A stretch of DNA of 64,000 nt from Halarcobacter sp. (lineage in GTDB: Bacteria > Campylobacterota > Campylobacteria > Campylobacterales > Arcobacteraceae). The position numbers were made by a program, and so were the translations under genes. Where the stretch lies: the NCBI GenBank assembly GCA_048571215.1, contig CP182352.1, positions 2,272,001-2,336,000 on the forward strand. The letters run 5' to 3'. This document shows, one piece after another, positions 18,101 to 24,994 of the stretch. Numbering within the stretch: the first letter of the stretch is position 1; the number at the start of each line of letters is the position of its first letter. The notes below the pieces were generated by a model. That model was not told the origin of the DNA. It saw only the letters and a list, made by a program, of their open reading frames with translations, and ran no database searches.

Positions 18101-21016
18101 GTTATAGAAAACCCTAACGCAGGAAATAGCCTAACAAATACTCAAGTTACAATCACAAGAACTGTACCATTTACATTAAATACTAAATACTATATAGAGA
18201 TTCCAAATACATCCTTTAAAGATGTTGAAAATAACTTCTATACAGGAATATCTTCAAAAGATAGCTGGAAATTTACTTCTGTAGATAATCATGCTCCAAC
18301 TATCACAAGTGATGGAGGTGGTGCAACTGCAACATTAAATGTAGATGAGAACCAAACAGCAGTAACAACAGTAGTAGCAAGTGATGTTGATAATGGACAA
18401 ACTATAAACTACAGTATTTCAGGAACTGATGCAGCTTCATTTAATATAGATTCCTCAACAGGAGTACTTACTTTTAAAACAGCACCAAATTATGAAGTTA
18501 AAAACTTATATGGTGTTACAGTAACTGCAACAGATAATGGAGGAAATACCTTAAGTGATAGCCAAGATTTAACAGTTAATATAAATGATGTAAATGATGA
18601 CCCTGTAATAACAATAAATAATACATTAACAACAGATGAAGATAATGCAAAAGATTTATTGTTTACTTATACAGATGAAGATTCAAATACAGTAACAGCA
18701 TCTGAAAAGACAGCACCAAGTTATGGGTCAATAGTAATAAGTAGTGATAAAATCACCTATACTCCAAATGCTAACTTTAATGGAAATGATAGCTTTGTTG
18801 TAACCTTAACAGATAATAATGGCTTTAGTGTAGATAAAGCAATAAGTGTAACAGTTAATCCTATAGATGATGCACCAGTTATTACAACTACCTTAGATAA
18901 CCAATCAGAGAATGAAGATGGTAAAGGTTTAGTTATATCGTTAACAACAACAGATGTAGATAATGATTTAAATACAACGCCAGCAACATATAGTGCAACA
19001 TCTTCAGATGAAAATATAGCAACAGCATATATTCAAAATGGAAAATTAATAGTTGTACCAAAACCAAATGCAAATGGAACAGTTACAATTACAGTTACAA
19101 CAACAGTAAATGGGAAAAGTTCAACAAAAACCTTTACCTATACCTTAGTTAGTGTAAATGATGCCCCAACTATTTCAAATATTGCAGATATTTCTCATGA
19201 ACAAAGTTCAAGTGCTATAAATAAAACAATCACCTTTGATATCTGGGATGATGTGGATGTAACAAGCTTAAGTGTAACAAGCTCAAATACAAACTTACTT
19301 CCAAATAGTGATATATCTGTTTCAAAACTATCTTCAACACAAGGTGAGTTAAGTTATACAATTTCTGCAAATAACGCAGGAACAACTACTGTGGAAGTTG
19401 TAGCAAAAGATGCTGAAAATCTAGAGTATAAAGAGAGCTTTAATATAAATGTAAAAGCTTCAAATGATGCTTTATGTGTAGAGAATACAAAAACAACATT
19501 GGTATTTGATACAATAAAAGAGAATAACATCTCTCAAGATGCAATAACATCAAATCTTGATTTGGTTAATACAATAGCTTCAATTTGTAGCTCAACTATA
19601 ACTTGGAGTATCTCAGATACAAGTGTTTTAGATGTAAATGGTATAGTAACTAAAGGTACAACAGATAAAACAGTAACTGCAACAGCAAATATAGCAAAAG
19701 GACAATTTAGTACTACAAAAGTATTCTTGCTTACAATTGTAAAGAATGCAATAAGTGATAGTGAAGCCTTAGATAAACTTCTGTTTGAAAATATAAAAGG
19801 TGATAACCTAAGTAGATTGAAAATCACTTCTAAACTTAACTTGCTAGATACAATCTTAGGTAAAACCATCACTTGGAGTGTAGATGATGATAGTGTAATC
19901 TCACCATACTCAGGATATGTAACAAGAGGTTCAAGCGATACACCTATAGTCTTAACAGCAAAAGTAGGAGCTGAAACGAAAACCTTTAATCTAACAGTTT
20001 TAAAAGATGAAAGTACAAATACAGCTGCTCAAATAGTTGCAAAAGATAAAGAGTTACTAAGTATAGACTCTATTTTAGGAGAGAATAAAGATGATAATAA
20101 TATTATCTATAACCTAGAAAAACCACTTCCAAGCTTAGGTGTAAATGGTTCAACAATAACTTGGAGTAGCTCAAATGAAAACTATATCACAAATGATGGG
20201 GATGTATTAAGAGATGAGAATGCAGATAAATATGTGGTGTTAACAGCAACTATTACAAATGGAAGTGAAACAACTACAAAAGAGTTTATACTAAAAGTTC
20301 TTCAAAATAAAATAGAAACAAATGATGAAACAACTTTTAAAAATGCAAGTGATACTCCAACAGGTACAAGTGTTACAACAACAAATAATGGTAGTGATAC
20401 AACAACAGAGGCAAGCTTTACTAATACAATTTTAAATATTGTAGAAAAAGTGGTATCTCAAGATAGTATAAACAATATTATTGAGTTTGCACAAAAAATA
20501 GTAAATGTATACCTAAATACAGATGGAACTTCTCAATCAACACTGCAAAATCAAGATGGAACAAGTTCTTCTATAGAAACACAAACTAAAGGTTCAACTA
20601 CAAATGTAGATGATAGTGGAAATGTTCAAACAACAAATGGTAGTGTAACTCTAAAATTAAATAGTGATGGAACAGTTACCCATGAAGTTACAAAAGGAGC
20701 TTTAAAAACAACAGCAGACTCTACAATCTCTGGTTCAAATGTAAAAGAGGATGGAAGTGGTAATGTTGAAACCACCTCAGAAGTTACTCAAGGTGGATTT
20801 GTATATAAAGCAGTTGTAACAACAAATAGTCAAGGGGAAACTACTACTAAGTTTGTAAAAGTAGATTTATCTACAGGGGAACAAAGTGAAGTTGATAAAA
20901 CAATAAGTGATACAACCCCATATCAAGCAGGAAATAAAGTAGAGATTAGTAAAGTAAATGGTGTTTTATATATTAAAACAACAACTCCACTTGATGGTAG
21001 TATAGTAATTGAATAA
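12101..21016 (+). CDS. Giant (~2,970 aa) secreted/surface adhesin-like protein: FG-GAP repeats, multiple bacterial Ig-like, cadherin-like and tandem-95-like domains
   Basis: GGAG RBS at 12091 before ATG 12101; signal-peptide-like N-terminus ending TSLSA; five xDxDxDGDxD FG-GAP repeats; Ser/Thr-rich Ig repeats; 'DAAGN' motifs; cadherin-like DENQT/PNYE. Confidence 0.88.
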   Translation: MNFKNKTISKIVSNILFKDMNKNILTIMSTGIIVTSLSANGPFVSGTNPLSSVSYSQQTAPTFGDLDGDGDLDALIGAWDGKLYYYINNGTKKSPSFSSSTMPSGLPSTYAGLTQMPAIGDIDNDGDFDVAIARQETNTTASSSIVYYKNNGDGTFSSFSPSGLPTSTGEKWGTLTFADVDQDGDQDLFMAHGKGGGLSYYKNNGSGNFSTATAPSGMPSGVSYPIFTFGDVDGDGDLDMFHGEYKNTEIEYYRNNSGTFNLVALNTAFPSSDLTNPGTSSTPWLMPNLVDIDNDGDLDLFIGNYAKAGNNVGIIYRENSATSLSSISPSDNSTNVSIDTNLVLTFSSAVNVNSGNIYIKKTSDNTLVETIDVTSGQVTGSGSTTITINPSSDLSNGIEYYVLTDSTAFINASTSSAVTGISDTKFWSFTTVSAPSTDSDTTLTASATVTEPVSLSTTVDTVGEAVDLFDFTITDGGSGDTLSTDISQIVLNTSGTGDFSKVTWRLNGPDATNVTGAYNSSTNTITFSGLSLSITDGGNETYTVNGYFNNNTGLTEDQTFILSVDGDTDLTLDASKTQMTGSNNPITNGGGTTVDVTATKLTFSTEPSTTVVSGSTFSTQPVIKAVDESGNVDIDFSSNIILSENGAGSLGGTTTVVASSGVVTFSGISYNAVSDSDSNFTITASATGLTSDTSNSINPDVVATKLVFTTQPSPTSLQNSVQTDFVTDPVVEARDANDILDIDYYNSVTISENGAGTGSFTNNSTNASGGVATFTGLTLSHNADETFKLVATGGDSISGTSSNLTVTSNNAPVTTLPSAPTIHEDATNVAFANTIQITDGDSDNQTVTLSATNGTLSLTPTGLSFTTGDGTDDATMTFSGTLAAVNTALDSLTFSPTADYDGSASLRVQTNDGNGGTDDDTLNLSVLNAPEITSIVRGTPSSQNTNADSLTFYVYLDSNITTDATAADFQVIGTTTATVTSVTRQSIYYEVVVSGGNLASFNGSVGLKFVDDNSVLDSNGVPIGGDGIDHFTTGETYTVDNTAPTTIISNIDISADTGTSSTDFLTKTASQTITATLSTALAGGEVLYGSIDGGSNWIDITSKVSGSAISWDGATLSGTNSIKLKVTDAAGNDGSIATQSYTIDTSAPTANLTSATDNVGSVTGGLSSGDTTDDTSLLLAGTNESGSTVKVYNGTTLLGTATVTGTSWTYSATIADGTTYQFNVKETDSAGNESTATSNFTVIGDTSAPTANLTSATDNVGSVTGGLSSGDTTDDTSLLLAGTNESGSTVKVYNGTTLLGTATVTGTSWTYSATIADGTTYQFNVKETDSAGNESTATSNFTVIGDTSAPTANLTSATDNVGSVTGGLSSGDTTDDTSLLLAGTNESGSTVKVYNGTTLLGTATVSGTSWTYSATIADGTTYQFNVKETDSAGNESTATSNFTVIGDTSAPTANLTSATDNVGSVTGGLSSGDTTDDTSLLLAGTNESGSTVKVYNGTTLLGTATVTGTSWTYSATIADGTTYQFNVKETDSAGNESTATSNFTVIGDTSAPTIAITSDKDALKAGETATITFTLSEASSNFASDDVSVSGGTLTNFSGSGTSYTATFTPTADSTTNGTIDIASSKFTDAAGNNNSAATQKSITIDTVVPSVTISSSSDSLKAGETATITFTLSEASSNFASDDVSVSGGTLTNFSGSGTSYTATFTPTADSTTNGTIDIASSKFTDAAGNNNSAATQKSITIDTVVPSVTISSSSNALKAGETATITFTLSEASSNFASDDVSVSGGTLTNFSGSGTSYTATFTPTADSTTNGTIDIASSKFTDAAGNNNSAATQKVITIDSEIPSVVITTDKNSAINGEVVNLSFALSEDSSDFTVDDITVSGGTIDNFEQDNTNSKLYTAKLTIDNTTTTKTTLDISASKFEDAAGNPNNVALQKTITILPSVLTYTPSLDATDIELDSTLVLEFSEKLNKGTGNILIKRYSDDNVVETIDVTGTNVVIENPNAGNSLTNTQVTITRTVPFTLNTKYYIEIPNTSFKDVENNFYTGISSKDSWKFTSVDNHAPTITSDGGGATATLNVDENQTAVTTVVASDVDNGQTINYSISGTDAASFNIDSSTGVLTFKTAPNYEVKNLYGVTVTATDNGGNTLSDSQDLTVNINDVNDDPVITINNTLTTDEDNAKDLLFTYTDEDSNTVTASEKTAPSYGSIVISSDKITYTPNANFNGNDSFVVTLTDNNGFSVDKAISVTVNPIDDAPVITTTLDNQSENEDGKGLVISLTTTDVDNDLNTTPATYSATSSDENIATAYIQNGKLIVVPKPNANGTVTITVTTTVNGKSSTKTFTYTLVSVNDAPTISNIADISHEQSSSAINKTITFDIWDDVDVTSLSVTSSNTNLLPNSDISVSKLSSTQGELSYTISANNAGTTTVEVVAKDAENLEYKESFNINVKASNDALCVENTKTTLVFDTIKENNISQDAITSNLDLVNTIASICSSTITWSISDTSVLDVNGIVTKGTTDKTVTATANIAKGQFSTTKVFLLTIVKNAISDSEALDKLLFENIKGDNLSRLKITSKLNLLDTILGKTITWSVDDDSVISPYSGYVTRGSSDTPIVLTAKVGAETKTFNLTVLKDESTNTAAQIVAKDKELLSIDSILGENKDDNNIIYNLEKPLPSLGVNGSTITWSSSNENYITNDGDVLRDENADKYVVLTATITNGSETTTKEFILKVLQNKIETNDETTFKNASDTPTGTSVTTTNNGSDTTTEASFTNTILNIVEKVVSQDSINNIIEFAQKIVNVYLNTDGTSQSTLQNQDGTSSSIETQTKGSTTNVDDSGNVQTTNGSVTLKLNSDGTVTHEVTKGALKTTADSTISGSNVKEDGSGNVETTSEVTQGGFVYKAVVTTNSQGETTTKFVKVDLSTGEQSEVDKTISDTTPYQAGNKVEISKVNGVLYIKTTTPLDGSIVIE
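15530..16758 (+). repeat. Four near-identical 303-bp (101-aa) tandem Ig-like repeats within the giant protein
   Basis: GATACCTCTGCTCCAAC recurs at 15530, 15833, 16136, 16439 and 16742 (period 303). Confidence 0.97.
16787..17630 (+). repeat. Three near-identical 294-bp (98-aa) tandem Ig-like repeats (LKAGETATITFTLSE type)
   Basis: CTAAAAGCAGGAGA recurs at 16787, 17081 and 17375 (period 294); a diverged fourth copy follows. Confidence 0.95.
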
Positions 21017-21026
21017 GGATATAAAA

Positions 21027-21311
21027 ATGAAAAAGATATCAATAATTGTATTAAGTATTTTAAGCTCAATAGTATTTACTGCTTGTGGAGGGGGAGGAGG
21101 AGACTCCTCTTTCAAACAAACAATAGTAGATATAACAGTTACTTGTGTAGCAAGCCCAACTTCAACAGACTTTGATACTTATAATACTTTGTATACAGGA
21201 GATACTGTTGTAAATGATCAGCCAGGTACTACAGTTACAACCTATCATAATATAAATGGTGAAACAAAAGTGTGCTTAAATACAGGTGCAGCACATATTG
21301 TAAGGAAATAA
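21027..21311 (+). CDS. Small lipoprotein
   Basis: AAGGA RBS, ATG 21027, MKKISII...VFTACGGGGG lipobox; two further Cys. Confidence 0.85.
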   Translation: MKKISIIVLSILSSIVFTACGGGGGDSSFKQTIVDITVTCVASPTSTDFDTYNTLYTGDTVVNDQPGTTVTTYHNINGETKVCLNTGAAHIVRK

Positions 21312-21312
21312 G

Positions 21313-21933
21313 ATGAAAGTATTAAATAATATAAAAACACTAAGTTTGTTAAGTTTAGTAGTATTTGCAGTAAATCTAAATGCAGATTCTAGTTTAGAAA
21401 AAACCTTAGATGATAAAAATGTATATGTGGGAGTATCATTAGGTTATTCTAATCTTCATATGTCAAAGGATGATAAGGTAGGAAGTGTAGCTTTAATAGA
21501 GAATATAGACTCCTCTTCAAAAAACATCTTGTTAGAAACAGGGTTTGAATATAATAAAAATTTAGAATTCTCATTAAACTACCAAAGGGTAGATAATGAT
21601 GATGTAAACTTAGATAATGTATATGTTTCTTTAAAATATAAATTCCCACAAGATAAGTTTACTCCTTATGTAGCAGCAAACTTAGGATACTCACAATTAT
21701 CTTGGCAAACAAGACCAGTTGCAACCATAAATAATGATACAAGCTCAGGTTCATATTTAGTTGGTACAACTTTAGGATTGCTATATCCTTTAACTACTAA
21801 GGTTAGTTTAAATCTAAACTATCAAGTTAATATGTTAGACCATGAAACTAGTGTTGAAAGTTTACCTAATAGATCTATATTAAATCATGATTTACTTCAA
21901 TCTTTTAATGTTGGGATTAGGTATACTTTTTAA
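21313..21933 (+). CDS. Outer-membrane beta-barrel protein (OmpA-transmembrane/porin-like)
   Basis: Signal peptide, amphipathic strands 'YVGVSLGY' and 'FTPYVAANLGY', C-terminal 'VGIRYTF' beta-signal. Confidence 0.88.
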   Translation: MKVLNNIKTLSLLSLVVFAVNLNADSSLEKTLDDKNVYVGVSLGYSNLHMSKDDKVGSVALIENIDSSSKNILLETGFEYNKNLEFSLNYQRVDNDDVNLDNVYVSLKYKFPQDKFTPYVAANLGYSQLSWQTRPVATINNDTSSGSYLVGTTLGLLYPLTTKVSLNLNYQVNMLDHETSVESLPNRSILNHDLLQSFNVGIRYTF

Positions 21934-21958
21934 AAAGTATATTTATGGCTAGTTTTTT

Positions 21959-21990
21959 AAGGAGTACTTATACTCCTTTAGGACTTTTTT
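21959..21990 (+). terminator. Probable intrinsic terminator after the adhesin operon
   Basis: AAGGAGTA-ctta-TACTCCTT hairpin followed closely by a T run. Confidence 0.55.
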
Positions 21991-22136
21991 ATTATTTGAT
22001 TTAAATAAAGATTCTAAAAAGTACGATTTTATGGAAACTTAAATCAAATTTAAAATATTAAATTTAAAAATTCCTAAACATCTTATTAACTTTAATGATA
22101 TATAATCTTTGTTTATTTTATTATATGGGATTATAT

Positions 22137-23450
22137 ATGATTAAATCTATTTTACCTCTTAGTTCAATTATTGCTCTTAGATTTTTCGGTCTTTTTTTAG
22201 TTTTACCTGTTTTATCAGTATATGCAATCAAGCTACAAGGTGCTACAACAACCTTAGTTGGTATAGTTATTGGTGGATATGCTCTAACTCAAATGATATT
22301 TCAAGTACCTTTTGGAGTTATGAGTGATAAACTTGGGAGAAAAGGCACTATTATTACAGGGCTTTTACTTTTCGCCATTGGTTCTATTTTTTGTGCAATT
22401 GCAAATGATATTTTACTTTTATTACTTGGAAGATTTTTACAAGGTGCTGGTGCTATTGGTGCAGTTGTAACAGCTATGATTAGTGATTTGGTTAAAGAGG
22501 AACAAAGGCCAAAAGCTATGGCTTTAATGGGTGGCTCTATTGGTATTGCCTTTGCAGCTTCTATGCTTCTTGGACCAACAATTGGTTCACTTGCTGGTGT
22601 TCCTGCACTATTTTATCTTACTGCAATAATAGCACTTGTTTCTATAGTGGTTTTAGTTAAAGCTGTTCCAAATCCACCTAAAATAACCCATAGATACAAT
22701 GGGAAAGCCCAGTTATCTAAAGTCTTATTAAATGGCAATTTAATAAAAATGAACATAACTAACTTTTTACAAAAAGGTTTAATGACCTTTGCATTTATGG
22801 TTATCCCTTTAGTTCTAATAAAAGAACACAGTTGGCAAATGAGTGAATTATGGAAAGTTTACCTTCCTTCAATGATATTTGGTGTTTTAGCTATGGCACC
22901 AGCTGCTATATTAGCAGAAAAAAAAGGTAAATTTAAAGAAGTACTTGCTGTTGGTATTTTATTTTTTGCAATCTCCTATTTGATTATTGGTTTTAGTACA
23001 AATACATTGATGTTTATTATTGGTGTAGTTATCTTTTTTATTGGTTTTAATATGCATGAACCTATCATGCAATCTTTAGCATCAAAGTTTGCAAAAGTTC
23101 ACCAAAGAGGTTTGGTTTTAGGTATTTTTAACTCTTGCGGTTATTTTGGTACATTTTTAGGTGGACTATTTGGAGGGATTTTTTACGAAAAGGTTTCCCT
23201 ATCAGATTTAGTAATTATTATATCTGTAATTTGTGTACTTTGGATTATACTTATTTTAACTATGCCAAATCCAGCAAAAAAGAAAACTTCATATATCCAT
23301 GTTGATAATGTAAACAATGATAACTTACATAAACTAGATACGCTAAATGGTATTGATGAATGGTATATCAATGAATCAGAGAGTTTAGTTGTAGTAAAAT
23401 ATGATAGTCAAGAGCAAGAAGAATCTCAAATAGCAGAACTTATTAAGTAG
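22137..23450 (+). CDS. MFS transporter (YajR/Cj1375-like)
   Basis: LRFFGLFLVLPV, MSDKLGRK motif A, 12 TM helices, C-terminal soluble domain. ATG at 22137 after GGGA. Confidence 0.92.
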   Translation: MIKSILPLSSIIALRFFGLFLVLPVLSVYAIKLQGATTTLVGIVIGGYALTQMIFQVPFGVMSDKLGRKGTIITGLLLFAIGSIFCAIANDILLLLLGRFLQGAGAIGAVVTAMISDLVKEEQRPKAMALMGGSIGIAFAASMLLGPTIGSLAGVPALFYLTAIIALVSIVVLVKAVPNPPKITHRYNGKAQLSKVLLNGNLIKMNITNFLQKGLMTFAFMVIPLVLIKEHSWQMSELWKVYLPSMIFGVLAMAPAAILAEKKGKFKEVLAVGILFFAISYLIIGFSTNTLMFIIGVVIFFIGFNMHEPIMQSLASKFAKVHQRGLVLGIFNSCGYFGTFLGGLFGGIFYEKVSLSDLVIIISVICVLWIILILTMPNPAKKKTSYIHVDNVNNDNLHKLDTLNGIDEWYINESESLVVVKYDSQEQEESQIAELIK

Positions 23451-23475
23451 TTTAGTAAATAACTAAACTACTTTA
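23446..23475 (+). terminator. Hairpin terminator after MFS gene
   Basis: AAGTAGTTTAGT-aaata-ACTAAACTACTT inverted repeat at the stop codon. Confidence 0.65.
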
Positions 23476-23569
23476 AAACTCAAATTAATCAAACTAAAAA
23501 CTAAAAAATTGTAAAATATAATAAAAAAAAGATAATAAATAATTTTTTTGTTATCTTCAAGGTTATATT

Positions 23570-24208
23570 TTGAAAAAAGTTATTTTTCTATCTTTCATAA
23601 TGTTTTCTACATTTTATGCAAATGAAACTTCAAATATACTATATAACTTCTCTCAAGAAAAAATAGAATCTGTAAAAAACAAATATGGTAAAAAAGCAGT
23701 AAAAAGATTTCTTATATTAGATAGTGTTTTAGAAAAATCGAAAAACAAAGATATCCTTACTAAATTAAAAAATATTAATGACTTTTGGAATAGAGTAACT
23801 TACAAATCAGATTTAATTCATTGGAATAAAAAAGACTATTGGGCAACTCCTTTTGAATTTTTAGGAACAGGAGCTGGAGATAGTGAAGATTATGTAATTG
23901 CAAAATATTTCAGTTTAAGAAAATTGGGTATTCCAAAAAGTAAATTAAAAATAAGCTATATTAAGTTTAAAGAAAAAACTAATAAACCCCATATGGTATT
24001 AAGCTATTATCATAAACCCAACTCAATTCCAATTGTATTAGATAATATTGACAAAAAATTAAAACTTGCATCAAAAAGAATTGATTTTATTCCTACTGCG
24101 CTTGCTAACAATACTGCATTTACTAATAATACTATGCTTACTAATAATAAAGAAAAAATAAAAAGTTTAAAAATACTCAAATCCAAAACAAAACAACTTT
24201 CAAAATAG
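23570..24208 (+). CDS. LapG-like transglutaminase-like cysteine peptidase paralogue, catalytic Cys replaced by Ser
   Basis: DYWATPFEFLGTGAGDSEDY (vs GDCEDY), HMVL, VLDN; C-terminus diverged. Confidence 0.88.
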   Translation: MKKVIFLSFIMFSTFYANETSNILYNFSQEKIESVKNKYGKKAVKRFLILDSVLEKSKNKDILTKLKNINDFWNRVTYKSDLIHWNKKDYWATPFEFLGTGAGDSEDYVIAKYFSLRKLGIPKSKLKISYIKFKEKTNKPHMVLSYYHKPNSIPIVLDNIDKKLKLASKRIDFIPTALANNTAFTNNTMLTNNKEKIKSLKILKSKTKQLSK

Positions 24209-24336
24209 TTTTACATAATAGTAAAGCACTTTAAAATTTATATTAATCAAACTAAAAACTTAGAAGTTGTAAAATATATGGAACATAAATAAAAGAGGAT
24301 ATATAATTAATCTTTTTTTATTCACAAGGGATTATT

Positions 24337-24984
24337 TTGAAGAAAGTACTATTTTTATCTTTTATAATCACTTCTATGTTTTATACAATTACAATAGCAA
24401 ATAAGTTATATAATATTTCTCCACAAAAAATTGATGCAATAAAGAAAAAGTATGGTAAAAAAGCTGAAAGAAGATTTTTAATTTGGGATAAAGTTATGCA
24501 AAGTGCTAAAAATAAAGATATCCTTCACAAATTAAAAGATGTTAATGATTTTTGGAATAAAGTTGCTTATAGATCAGATTTGGTCCATTGGAGAAAAAAA
24601 GATTACTGGGCCTCACCCTATGAATTTTTAGGAACAGGGGCTGGAGATTGTGAAGATTATGCTATAGCAAAATACTTTAGTCTAAGACAACTTGGTATTC
24701 CAGAAAATAAATTAAGAATAACCTATGTTAAACTAAAAAGAAGAAGTACAAGATATGATGAAGCCCATATGGTATTGACTTATTACCACAAACCTGACTC
24801 AACGCCAATTGTACTAGATAATATTGACAAAAGATTAAAACTTGCGACTAAAAGAACCGATTTGTTACCTGTATATAGTTTTAATGCAAGTGGCTTATGG
24901 CAAGCAAAAAACAAGGGTAGAACCTCTATAAGAGTTGGAAAAAATAATTTAAGTAACTGGAAGTCTTTAATGACTAGAATCTAA
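24337..24984 (+). CDS. lapG: LapG-like periplasmic cysteine protease (BTLCP / Peptidase C93)
   Basis: DYWASP, GDCEDYAIAKY, AHMVL, VLDN, PVYSFN; directly upstream of lapD. Confidence 0.92.
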   Translation: MKKVLFLSFIITSMFYTITIANKLYNISPQKIDAIKKKYGKKAERRFLIWDKVMQSAKNKDILHKLKDVNDFWNKVAYRSDLVHWRKKDYWASPYEFLGTGAGDCEDYAIAKYFSLRQLGIPENKLRITYVKLKRRSTRYDEAHMVLTYYHKPDSTPIVLDNIDKRLKLATKRTDLLPVYSFNASGLWQAKNKGRTSIRVGKNNLSNWKSLMTRI

Positions 24985-24994
24985 AGGAGAAAAG

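Noticed and set aside
12101..21016. Giant protein as the LapA-type substrate of the nearby LapG/LapD
   Set aside because: It has a signal-peptide-like N-terminus rather than a recognisable retention module with a di-alanine site, no RTX/T1SS C-terminus, and no T1SS genes are in the window; proximity alone is insufficient.
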